Below are positions 36,134 to 46,100 of a DNA stretch of 61,874 bases, piece by piece. This stretch comes from a virus (taxonomy: Duplodnaviria; Caudoviricetes). The translations under genes were made by a program, and so were the position numbers. The stretch's first letter is position 1. The number at the start of each line of letters is the position of its first letter. The notes below the pieces were generated by a model. That model worked only from the letters and a program-made list of their open reading frames with translations. It was not told where the DNA came from and did not search any database. Location: IMG/VR virus record IMGVR_UViG_3300025598_000044, positions 1-61,874 of that record; one strand, written 5' to 3'.

Positions 36134-36804
36134 TGGATGAGAACAACTACACATGGTCATACTCATCCTTGGGCCTGTTCCAACAGTGCCCACACAAATA
36201 CTACCGTATACGTATTCAGCAGGATGTGAAGGAACCGCCGACCGACGCTATACGGTACGGGCTGATGATGCACAAGGCTGCGGAGGAATACATCCGCGAC
36301 GACATTGACCTGCCCCCGACGTTGGAATACCTGCGCCCTATCCTTGACAAGTTGGCTGCGTACCCCGGCGAGAAGCATTGCGAATACAAGATGGCATTGA
36401 CTCGCTCAATGGAACCATGCGCGTTCGACTCACCCGATGCTTGGTGGCGGGGCATCGCAGACTTGCTAATCATTGACGGAGACACCGCCCGCATCATCGA
36501 CTACAAGACCGGCAAGTCTGCAAAGTTCGCGGATACGAAGCAGCTTGAGTTGTTGTCGTTGGCTACGTTCAAACACTTCCCGAATGTCAAGCAGACGAAG
36601 TGCGCGTTGCTGTTCGTCGTATCACAAGAGATGGTGAAAGCCAACTACAACGTGCATGACACGCATAGATACTGGTTGAAGTGGCTCAATGAAACTGCTC
36701 TGCTTGAGAAAGCGTTCAAGGTGAAAGTGTGGAATCCAAAACCTAACTTTACATGTAGCAAGTGGTGTCCGATCAAAGACTGCTTGCATAACGGGAGATC
36801 ATAG
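36127..36804 (+). CDS. PD-(D/E)xK (Cas4/RecB-like) exonuclease
   Basis: WSYS....QCP, H...E, GIADL..IIDYKTGK, QL, and C-terminal C.KWCP..DC. Confidence 0.85.
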   Translation: MLMDENNYTWSYSSLGLFQQCPHKYYRIRIQQDVKEPPTDAIRYGLMMHKAAEEYIRDDIDLPPTLEYLRPILDKLAAYPGEKHCEYKMALTRSMEPCAFDSPDAWWRGIADLLIIDGDTARIIDYKTGKSAKFADTKQLELLSLATFKHFPNVKQTKCALLFVVSQEMVKANYNVHDTHRYWLKWLNETALLEKAFKVKVWNPKPNFTCSKWCPIKDCLHNGRS

Positions 36805-37056
36805 ATGGCGCGTGACTACAGACGAGAGTACGACAACTACCAAGGCAAGCCCGAACAAATCAAGAATCGTGCCAAGCGCAATGCGGCACGGGCGGAAATG
36901 GTGAAGGCGGGTCGCGCTCACAAAGGCGACGGCAAAGATGTCGATCACAAACAACCGCTTAGCAAAGGCGGGTCAACGAGTCGCAGCAACTTGCGTGTTG
37001 TCGCAGTGCACAAGAACCGTGCGTACAAGCGAAATAAAGATCGCAAACCCGCTTGA
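36805..37056 (+). CDS. Small HNH-motif protein
   Basis: KGDGKDVDHK.PLSKGG....NLRV....NR. Confidence 0.8.
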   Translation: MARDYRREYDNYQGKPEQIKNRAKRNAARAEMVKAGRAHKGDGKDVDHKQPLSKGGSTSRSNLRVVAVHKNRAYKRNKDRKPA

Positions 37057-37141
37057 CTTTGTTTCGAGAGTATCTATATTAAGTAAACCGACTGACCCCC
37101 GTTAGGGGTCAAGCCGCCAGAAGTAAAAACCTTACTTCTGG
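37053..37141 (+). promoter_or_regulatory. Candidate promoter and double-hairpin leader of the helicase-SSB-primase operon
   Basis: TTGACT-16 nt-TATATT; hairpins TGACCCC/GGGGTCA and CCAGAAGTAA/TTACTTCTGG. Confidence 0.55.
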
Positions 37142-37163
37142 TGCAGAGTCTATTGGAGCAGAT

Positions 37164-38714
37164 GTGCAAATCATAAATAACAAAGCTCTTCTCTTGAAGG
37201 TGAAGAACCCTCAGAGAATCACAACCGTCATTCCACGGTCGAAGCAGCTTGGCCCGAATGATGTGCTGGTGAAGTGGGGGCTGGAGGAAGCTCAGATCCT
37301 CAAGAACCTACAGATGAAGAACGTCCCGTCTCCGATCCTAGCGGACTACGAATGGACCGGGATGTACACACCGTTTGAACATCAGAAGACGACGGCAGCG
37401 TTCTTAACTCTGCACAGGCGGGCGTTCTGTTTCAACGAACAGGGTACCGGCAAGACATCATCTGTGATATGGGCTGCTGACTACTTGATGAATATCGGAC
37501 GTATAAAGAGAGTATTGGTTATATGTCCGCTGTCGATCATGCAGTCCGCATGGGGCAACGATCTGTTCAAGACCGCCATGCACCGTACATGCGCAATTGC
37601 GCATAGCCACTCGAAAGAGAAACGGATTGAGGCAGTGCGCAGCGACGCAGAGTTTGTGATCTGTAACTTCGATGGGCTTGCCATCATCAAGGATGAAATT
37701 GCAAAAGCGAACTTCGATCTGATCGTGGTCGATGAAGCCAACGCGTATAAGAATGTTCAGACGAAGAGATGGAAGGCGCTCAACTCCATCATCAAGGCAG
37801 ACACGTGGATCTGGATGCTGACCGGAACCCCGGCAGCGCAGTTGCCCACCGACGCATATGGGCTGGCGAAGATCGTCAATCCGAAGAACGTACCTAAGTT
37901 TTACGGAGACTTCAGGGATCAACTCATGTACAAAATCAGTACATTCAAGTGGATCCCCAAACCTAACGCTAGCACCGTGGTACATAACGCGTTACAACCT
38001 GCGATCCGGTTTACCAAGGACGAGTGCCTCGACCTGCCGCCAATGACGTATGTAATGCGGGACGTGCCATTGACCACACAGCAGACAAAGTTCTACGAAC
38101 AGATCCGCAAGCAGATGGTCGCGGTCGCAGCGGGCGAAGAGATCACAACCGTCAATGCGGCGGCGCTGCTCAACAAACTGCTGCAACTATCATGTGGCGC
38201 GGTCTATGCGGATACTGGTGAGGTCGTGGCGTTTGATGCGGGCAACCGCATGGACTCGCTGCTTGAGGTAATCGAAGAAGCCAGCCAGAAAGTCATTGTG
38301 TTCGTGCCGTTCAAACACGCCATCGACATCATCGCGGAGAAGCTTACGGCAGAAAAGATCAGCAACGCGATCATCAGTGGCGAGGTAAGCCCAAGGGCGC
38401 GAACCGACATATTCAATCGGTTCCAAACTGAGAAGGATCCAAAGGTATTGATCGTGCAGCCGCAAGCTGCCGCGCATGGTGTAACGCTACACGCTGCGAA
38501 CGTGGTCGTCTGGTGGGGGCCGATTACGTCGATAGAGACATACCTACAAGCCAATGCGCGGGTGCATCGCGCAGGGCAACATCATCCATGCACCGTGGTG
38601 CACTTGCAGGGCAGTCCTGTGGAACGGCATATCTACAAGATGCTGTCCCAGAAGCTCGACGTGCATACGAAGCTGATTGACTTGTACAACAACGTCGCTG
38701 AAGACGCCGCATAA
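37164..38714 (+). CDS. SNF2-like superfamily 2 helicase
   Basis: QGTGKT, VVDEA, LTGTP, HGVTL.AA and QANARVHRAGQ. Confidence 0.9.
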   Translation: MQIINNKALLLKVKNPQRITTVIPRSKQLGPNDVLVKWGLEEAQILKNLQMKNVPSPILADYEWTGMYTPFEHQKTTAAFLTLHRRAFCFNEQGTGKTSSVIWAADYLMNIGRIKRVLVICPLSIMQSAWGNDLFKTAMHRTCAIAHSHSKEKRIEAVRSDAEFVICNFDGLAIIKDEIAKANFDLIVVDEANAYKNVQTKRWKALNSIIKADTWIWMLTGTPAAQLPTDAYGLAKIVNPKNVPKFYGDFRDQLMYKISTFKWIPKPNASTVVHNALQPAIRFTKDECLDLPPMTYVMRDVPLTTQQTKFYEQIRKQMVAVAAGEEITTVNAAALLNKLLQLSCGAVYADTGEVVAFDAGNRMDSLLEVIEEASQKVIVFVPFKHAIDIIAEKLTAEKISNAIISGEVSPRARTDIFNRFQTEKDPKVLIVQPQAAAHGVTLHAANVVVWWGPITSIETYLQANARVHRAGQHHPCTVVHLQGSPVERHIYKMLSQKLDVHTKLIDLYNNVAEDAA

Positions 38715-38729
38715 CAAACGGAGAGTGCA

Positions 38730-39113
38730 ATGAGTGAAGAAGTCAATGTCGATAGGTTGACCAAGATTTACGTAAAGATCCGCGAGAAGCGACGCGAGCT
38801 TGCGGAACAAGATGAAGCGTTGAAGGAACAGCTTGATGTCATATCCAACAAGTTGTTGGAGATTTGCAAGGAGCAGGGACTCAGCACCATGCGCACCGAG
38901 CATGGGACGGTCTCTCGTCGTGTCAACAAGAACTACTGGACGAATGACTGGGGATCGTTCATGGAGTTCATCAAGGAGCATGATGCTTTGAGCTTGCTCC
39001 AGCATCGTATCAACAACACCAACATGGCCCAGTTCTTGGAGGAACATCCCGACCTGCACCCGCCCGGACTGAACATGGATACCAACCAGATCATCGTTAT
39101 TACCAAACGCTAA
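38730..39113 (+). CDS. Conserved replication-region protein
   Basis: L..IYVKIR.K coiled coil, RTEHGT..R, DW..F..FI and LLQ.RI. Confidence 0.75.
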   Translation: MSEEVNVDRLTKIYVKIREKRRELAEQDEALKEQLDVISNKLLEICKEQGLSTMRTEHGTVSRRVNKNYWTNDWGSFMEFIKEHDALSLLQHRINNTNMAQFLEEHPDLHPPGLNMDTNQIIVITKR

Positions 39114-39122
39114 GGAGCGTAT

Positions 39123-40010
39123 ATGTCGAAGGAATTGTCGCTTTTCGACGGCAACAAACTGCCGTCTTATCTGAAGACCCGCGAGATTGACGACGTTACC
39201 AAGTCCCTGATGGGCAGCGGTGGCGGCGGCATCAAGCGCATCAGCATCAAGGGTGGCGTGTGGCGCTGCGTCATCAACGGTAAGGAAGTGTCGCGTAATG
39301 AAGAACGCGCTCTGCCCATCGTCATCGTGAATGCCGCGCCGTACAATTCGCGTACCTACTATGCGGGCGCATACAGCGAAGGCGCTGAGCCGACCCGCCC
39401 CAACTGCTGGAGTGCCAATGGCATCACTCCGGATCCGAAGGTGGCCGAGCCGCAAGCCAAGCGTTGCGTCGATTGCCCGCAGAACATCAAGGGTTCGGGG
39501 CAGGGTGACTCCCGTGCTTGCCGTTACAGCCGCCGTCTGGCGGTCGTGCTTGCCAATGACATCGAAGGTGACGTGTACCAGCTCACGCTTCCGTCGAAGT
39601 CGATCTTTGGTGAAGGCGAACACAACAAGTGGCCGTTGGAAGCCTACGGCAAGTTCATCGGCAGCAAGGGTATTCCCATTACCGCAGTCGTGACCGAAGC
39701 GCGGTTCGATACCAATCAGGCTACGCCGACGATCACGTTCAAGCCCCTGCGCTTCCTTGAAGCCGACGAACACGCTGCTGTTATTCGGCAGGGTGAGTCG
39801 GACGCTGCCAAGAAAGCCATCACCATGACCGTCTCCGAGGTTGATGGTGTCAAGAAGGATCCCGCCCCCGTCGTTACCGAGGAAGAGGAAACCGTTCAAG
39901 CTGCGCCTGTTGAGGCAACGCCCGAGCCGGTCAAGCGTACTTCCAAGAAGAACGAGGCTCCCGCTGAGAAGGCCGATCTGTCCAAGATCCTCGACTCATG
40001 GGATGACTGA
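39123..40010 (+). CDS. Putative single-stranded DNA-binding protein
   Basis: RISIKGG, R.YY, CWS..G..P, C..CPQN..GS, RACR..RRLAV and acidic C-terminus (WDD); strong codon bias. Confidence 0.65.
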   Translation: MSKELSLFDGNKLPSYLKTREIDDVTKSLMGSGGGGIKRISIKGGVWRCVINGKEVSRNEERALPIVIVNAAPYNSRTYYAGAYSEGAEPTRPNCWSANGITPDPKVAEPQAKRCVDCPQNIKGSGQGDSRACRYSRRLAVVLANDIEGDVYQLTLPSKSIFGEGEHNKWPLEAYGKFIGSKGIPITAVVTEARFDTNQATPTITFKPLRFLEADEHAAVIRQGESDAAKKAITMTVSEVDGVKKDPAPVVTEEEETVQAAPVEATPEPVKRTSKKNEAPAEKADLSKILDSWDD

Positions 40011-40035
40011 TAACAACTAAGCGCGGGAGCTTAGG

Positions 40036-42891
40036 ATGCTTACGAGAAATGACTTTCTCGCGCTTGTGCTTCCCCCTCTTACGGAGGGGGAATGCTATTG
40101 CACGACAGGTATCAAAGAAGACGGTGTAAGGCAACGGTTCGTCCATAGTGTTGACGCGCTCAGTCAATACGCAGACGAGTTGATGGCTGACAACTTCAAT
40201 GTATTTTTCGCCGTTGCCAAATTCGGGGGGACGATCAATGGGCGCACGATCAAGAACGCTGTATCGCTACGTTCGTTTTTCATAGACCTTGACTGTGGCT
40301 TCAACAAGCCATACGCCGATCTGAGCGAAGGCATTTCCGCCTTACGTGCTTTCTGCAAGACCACAGGTTTGCCGCGTCCCACCATCGTCAAGTCCGGTGT
40401 GGGTGCGCACGTCTATTGGATCTTGGATAAAGAACTGCCCCGGCTTGATTGGGCGGCGAGAGCAGAGACACTCAAAGATCTTTGCAATCATCACGACTTC
40501 AAGGTGGATGCTGCTGTTACGTGCGACGCTGCGCGAGTCTTACGAGTTCCTGAAACGCTTCACGTCAAAGACCCTACGAACCCCATCCGGGTTGAAGTAC
40601 TGACCGTAGGCGATCTGTGGAGCGTAGATGATGTAGATCAAGTACTGCCAAAGAGCTTTCTTGCTACGAAAGAGAACGCGCCCCGACTTCCGTTGGATGC
40701 GGTCACACTTTCGCTGATGGGTAACAAGCAATCTCGCTTTCGTTCCATTCTGGTCAAATCAGTTGAGGGTAATGGCTGTGGACAACTTTTACATATTTTC
40801 GAGAATCAAGAACAAATTGAGGAGCCTTTATGGAGAGCAGGTCTCAGCATCGCAGAGCGGTGCATCGACCGAAACCGCGCCATCCACGTCATCTCCAACA
40901 AGCACCCGGACTATGACCCGGAAGAAACCGAACGCAAAGCGGCAGCGACCAAAGGCCCGTACACGTGCGAGACGTTCAAGAAACTCAATCCTAGCGGTTG
41001 TGAAGGGTGCCCTCACAAACTTACGTCTCCGATCCAGCTTGGGGTTGAGCTTGTTGAAGCTACGGAAGAAGAAAACAAAGTCGTTGAAAAAGACGAAATC
41101 ACGCAGCAAGAAAAAGAATACGTAATTCCGAAGTTCCCGGCACCTTACGTTCGCGGTAAGACGGGCGGTGTGTACGTCCGCAACCGGATCAAAAACGAAG
41201 AAGGCGTCGAAGAAGAACGTATTGACCTTGTTTACCAACACGACTTTTACGTTGTGAAACGGATGTTGGACCCCGAGGTAGGTGAAACCATACTCATTCG
41301 TGTACACAAACCAAGAGACGGTGTGGTGGATTTCATCATGCCGCTGACGACGCTCATAGCGAAAGACAAGTTCGTTGGGGCTATGGCATTCAACGGGATC
41401 ACCGCGCTCAACAAGCGGCAGGATCTTTTGATGTCCTACGTAACCAAATGGGTGGAGACACTACAAGTGGAGATGAAAGCGGACAAAGCCCACCGGCAGT
41501 TTGGGTGGCTTGATGATGAGTCGGCAATCGTCATTGGCGACCGGGAGATCCGTGCTACGGAGATTGCGCACAACCCGCCGACCGAGGCCACGATTGCGAT
41601 CATGCCGTACTTTACGGCCAAGGGGAGCTTCCATGTCTGGAAGGACATCATCAACTACTACGCAACACCGGGGCTGGAGTATCGGGCGTTTGCGTTCTTC
41701 ATGGGGTTCGGTACTCTGCTGCTGCGATATACCGCGCTGGATGGCTTCCTGCTGAACCTAGTAGGGCGTCAATCAGGTACCGGCAAGACGACCGTCCTGC
41801 AAGCCATCAACAGCATCTACGGTCATCCCAAGCAGCTCTTGCTCAGCCCCAAGGATACGTACAACGTGCGGATGCAGCGGTTGGGCGTAATGAGGAATCT
41901 TGCGGTCACTATGGACGAGATTACTAATATGCCTCCGGACATTATGTCACAACAGGTATATGACGTTACGTCCGGTCGTGGCAAGAACCGAATGAAGCAG
42001 CACTCAAACGCCGAGCGCGTGAACAGCACGACGTTCCAGACGGGCATGATCTCATCGTCCAACCGATCCGTTGTCGATATGCTGACATCCCTAAAGACGA
42101 TGCCGGATGGTGAGATGAAGCGAGTCATGGAGATCACTTTTCCTGACCCGACCGTGGAAGACGCCACGTGGTCTCGCAACCACTTTGAGCCGCTGGTGCA
42201 TCACTACGGGCACGCCATTCAGCCATTCGCACAGGCTCTTGTCGGGCAGTCTAGGATGGTCGAAGCCAAGCTCAACGAGGTACGGACCCTTGTTGACAGG
42301 CAGGGTGACGTGCGCAACTCAGAACGGTATTGGGCGCTACAGACCAGCCTTGCCATAACGGGTGGCGCAGTAGCCAAGCAGCTCAACCTGCACGACATCC
42401 CCATCAAGCCGGTGTTTGACTATGGACTTCAACTCATTCAGAAGTCGCGTGAGACGGCGCGTCAGTACATGTTCGACGCTGACGAGTTCTTGGGGTTGTT
42501 CCTTCAACGGCATTACGCCGAGATATTGGTCATCAACGGGAAGAAGTCTACCCGAGGGCTGGATCCGGGTCCGATTCGTGAACCTCGCGGGGCGCTGACG
42601 ACGCGCTATGAGCCAGACACAAAGATGTTGTATATATCCGCAAATGCGTATCGGGCGGAGTGCAACAAGAACCACATGAACTTTGAGGAGAGCCTTACTC
42701 CATATCGCAAGAGCAACGCGCTTGTTGTTCACGAAGGTAACGAAGTCACGAAGCGGCGGCGTATCTTCTCTGGCACCAGCGCCAACAACAATACGCAAGT
42801 GACGTGTCTGTGGTTCGATACGACCAAGTTGGGGTTCTTCAAAGAAGAAGCGTTCCTTGATGAAGATCGGGTCACAGACGTTGATGATTGA
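40036..42891 (+). CDS. Primase-helicase (RepB/primpol-like primase, DUF927-like region, P-loop ATPase)
   Basis: FIDLDCG, SG.GAHVYW, D.ARVLRVP.T, Cys cluster, SGTGKTT and TMDEIT. Confidence 0.85.
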   Translation: MLTRNDFLALVLPPLTEGECYCTTGIKEDGVRQRFVHSVDALSQYADELMADNFNVFFAVAKFGGTINGRTIKNAVSLRSFFIDLDCGFNKPYADLSEGISALRAFCKTTGLPRPTIVKSGVGAHVYWILDKELPRLDWAARAETLKDLCNHHDFKVDAAVTCDAARVLRVPETLHVKDPTNPIRVEVLTVGDLWSVDDVDQVLPKSFLATKENAPRLPLDAVTLSLMGNKQSRFRSILVKSVEGNGCGQLLHIFENQEQIEEPLWRAGLSIAERCIDRNRAIHVISNKHPDYDPEETERKAAATKGPYTCETFKKLNPSGCEGCPHKLTSPIQLGVELVEATEEENKVVEKDEITQQEKEYVIPKFPAPYVRGKTGGVYVRNRIKNEEGVEEERIDLVYQHDFYVVKRMLDPEVGETILIRVHKPRDGVVDFIMPLTTLIAKDKFVGAMAFNGITALNKRQDLLMSYVTKWVETLQVEMKADKAHRQFGWLDDESAIVIGDREIRATEIAHNPPTEATIAIMPYFTAKGSFHVWKDIINYYATPGLEYRAFAFFMGFGTLLLRYTALDGFLLNLVGRQSGTGKTTVLQAINSIYGHPKQLLLSPKDTYNVRMQRLGVMRNLAVTMDEITNMPPDIMSQQVYDVTSGRGKNRMKQHSNAERVNSTTFQTGMISSSNRSVVDMLTSLKTMPDGEMKRVMEITFPDPTVEDATWSRNHFEPLVHHYGHAIQPFAQALVGQSRMVEAKLNEVRTLVDRQGDVRNSERYWALQTSLAITGGAVAKQLNLHDIPIKPVFDYGLQLIQKSRETARQYMFDADEFLGLFLQRHYAEILVINGKKSTRGLDPGPIREPRGALTTRYEPDTKMLYISANAYRAECNKNHMNFEESLTPYRKSNALVVHEGNEVTKRRRIFSGTSANNNTQVTCLWFDTTKLGFFKEEAFLDEDRVTDVDD

Positions 42892-43072
42892 GTGGACGAA
42901 GTTCCAACCGGGAACATCGTTCTTTGTGCCCTGCCTCAACAGGGCACAGGTTCAACGCTATATCCTAAAAGAAGTTCAGCGTTTGAAAATTGAACGGGTT
43001 GTCTGCAAGCAAGTGATTGAGAACCACGTCTATGGCTTGCGTGTTTGGCGCGACGACCCTATACTCCCCTAG
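42857..43072 (+). CDS. Small conserved protein
   Basis: W..F.PG.SFFVPC...YGLRVWR motif. Confidence 0.7.
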   Translation: MMKIGSQTLMIEWTKFQPGTSFFVPCLNRAQVQRYILKEVQRLKIERVVCKQVIENHVYGLRVWRDDPILP

Positions 43073-43099
43073 CACTCTGCTTCTCCCCCCGAGAAGATT

Positions 43100-43126
43100 A
43101 ACCCCCGCTTCGGCGGGGGTTTTTTT
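43100..43126 (+). terminator. Intrinsic terminator at the convergence of the two arms
   Basis: AACCCCCGC-TTCG-GCGGGGGTT followed by a T run that overlaps the stop of the opposing gene. Confidence 0.9.
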
Positions 43127-46100
43127 ATTCCTCTTCGTCAGGGTATGCGCTCATAATCTCAGAGCGAAGTTTCGGGCGAAGCGAAATCCCATTCACCGAC
43201 TCAGCCAACCGCTTGTAGTGGTTCAGAATGTTGGAACTCAGGTTTGCACCGGAGATGGCTGCACCGGGGTGCCGACTGTTGAACTCTTCAATGCGTTCCA
43301 GCGTTTCGTCAAACCCTTCATCATCCCCAGTCATACGGGCCAGCGCCGCTCTGGTCAGCAACGTCTTGCGGGAATTCTCAATCTTCTTTTCCATGCCCGT
43401 GCGGTTCATGTTCTCCCGCTGCATTTCCGCAAGGTCATCTGGAGCGAATCCGAGAATCTGCATGAAGGCGTTGTAGCCGTTCACATCATGCTTGAGCGGT
43501 ATTCCGTCCTTGTTGGTTGCGCCTTCCAACCCAAGCCGCACGCCTTTCATGGCGTTACTGGCAAACTTGGGTATCACATCTTCCAAACCGCGTTCAAAGT
43601 GCCCTTCAGAAAAATGATGCCACGCGTTCGGCGCGTTTTGCGTTACGAACGAATACGTCGGTCCGAGCGCCTTCTCAGCGGCAAACCCCAAGAACCCCAC
43701 ATCGTTACGTCGCTTCTCGTCATCTCTCCAAATCATATTGTCCCAACCAGTACGGTCAGCGACATTGAGATTCAAGAAGTAATTGATCGGACCTTTATAG
43801 GCCAGCGTACCTACCGACTGCTTGACCATTTCCTCCGGGTCAAACGTATCATCTCCACCCGCCACATCATTCGCTAACTTGGCAAAGAGTTCCCCCCAGC
43901 CAACCAGCGGCATCCCCTGCACGCCAGCGAACAATCCCCCCATCGCAAAGAATCCGAGAGTCTGCATGAGCGCAGCCTTTCTGACTTCGGGAGACTCTCC
44001 CTTTGTAAGATCCTTGAACGACTTGTACAACATATACTCACGGTTCAGAGCAAACTGTTTGAACGTGAGGAACAACTTGGCAATCGGGTGCTGCATCATG
44101 TTGGCACCGGCAGACGAATACGCCGATCCAAGCGTGTTGTAGACTTCCTGCTTGGCGCGTTTGTACGCTTCTTCTTGAAGCGCTTCGCCCGACAGCTTCC
44201 CAGAAAGCGCATCTTTGTGCAGCTCATACGCTGCCAGCAGCGTGGTATCGCGGTTCGCCTTGTCTGCCGTACCCAGCATCTTGTTGAAGATGGCATCGGC
44301 CCGCGCCTTGATGCCAACGTACCGAGTCGTACCGGACGTTTTGAACTCCGCAATATCCTCTGCGCGACGTTCTCCCAATACCCCATCGTCAATGCCCCGC
44401 TTGATTACATTGGCTATCTCAGGCGGGATATTCTTGCCTTCATTGAAATGATAGTTTGTTGAGTACTTACCCGCGTTCCACATTGCCTTGGCAGCGGCGT
44501 CGAAGCCACGGATACGTCCAAGCACGGGGTACACGACCGTCGGCAAGTGGGACAGCGCAACGAACGCGGTCGATACGTTCCCAGCGAGATATTGTAGGTA
44601 GTTGAAGTACTGAACGCCGCTCAGTACGGAATTGGAGTTCGGCTTCAGCATTCCCTGATGGGACTGCTCCACGTTGTCCATGAGCGCACTGGCCACATCG
44701 ACATCCAAGCCTTTCGGGTTGTCGGAATTGGTTTCATGCAGATTGGCGGCGTCCATGAGTTCCTTGCGGATGTTGCCCATCACGCCTTCAAGCTCATGGT
44801 TGTACTTCATGTTGTTAATGTGATACGCCTGCGCGGTCGCCACATTCGCGTACGACTTGACCACATCTTGTTCATAGCCCGCCGTGTTCTTACGCGTGCG
44901 GGTCATTTGCAGGGTGGACTTCGCCGGAAGCAGTTTCAGATACGAGTCCACCACGTTCTCAATGACGCTATCGCTGACCTTTGCTTTGCGCAAGGCAGTA
45001 ACTACTTCACCGAAGAACCCTGCGGGCGGGGCGCCTTTGATCATGTGCTGCAAGTTGTTGTAGCGTTCAATGTCTTTCGCGCCTTCCTGCTTTGCCTGAG
45101 CAATAGCCAACTCACGTTCGCGGGGCGTTTCAAATGACCGCTTTACGAACTCACCGCTCTTATCGGTATACGACACCCAATGATCGCCCGAACGGAACAG
45201 CGGCAGGTACACCCGCAAACGATTTGACTTCCAATTCATCACCAATCGCTGATATTGCGATGGCGTCATAATGGTGCTTAGGAACTGCAACGTAGCATTG
45301 GATTGCTCGTGATACGTTTCGCGCATCTTGCGATACACATCTTGTACATTTTCTGGAAGCGCTTTAAATTCTTTGTACAACGGGCTTGTTTTGTCGGCAA
45401 CCCATCCGCGCTTCGCGTCATCCAGAACTTCGGTCTGATCGACAGTCGTGCGGTTCATGATGTCGAACATTTTTTGTTTTTGCGCCAAAGAATACTTTTT
45501 GAATACTTCATGCGCAGCAATTACGTTGTCGGCAATAGCTTTCTGATCCTTACGCAGCGCAGCGCCTTTCTTGTTCAACACATCGTGGCGCGTGCGTAAT
45601 GACGGCACGACCTTTTCGTATTCGTTGGCGATCTGATTGACGGACATGCCGCTCAGAAGCCCACGTCGAAGAGCGGGACTTGCCGTGGACAATACTTCAC
45701 GACCGCGCTCCATCATTTCTCGCGTAGCGGAAGGCTTGGTGTCATCTTCGGAGACATACGACCGCATAAAGCGCAGATCAGCTTCACGCTGGGCTTCCGG
45801 ATTCAACTTAGTCCGAGATACTGGATCAAACACGGTGTCAATTGTGAGCGTCGCGCTACCCTGTACGCCTTCATGAGCTTGGCGAAGAATTTGAGTGATG
45901 TCGTTGTCAGAATATTTAAGATCAGACCCAAAAAATTGTTTTGCGCTACGGATCCAATCCCTAACCCATGCAGCGACGCGGTTGAATACGCCGCGCAGTC
46001 CGGATTCAGTAGTTGGACCACCCTCCGACCGTTCGGCAAGAACTTCTTCTACGGCACGTGCTTTCTGAAGATCCGTATTGAGATGCTTGTAGGTGTCGGG

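Noticed and set aside
36127-36804. Cas4 as part of a CRISPR system
   Set aside because: There are no other cas genes or array; it sits in a standard phage replication module.
43068-43095. CIRCE/HrcA operator (TAGCACTC here; GAGTGCA at early RBSs), tempting given groES
   Set aside because: Only half-sites are present; no partner at 9-nt spacing was found in the cases checked.
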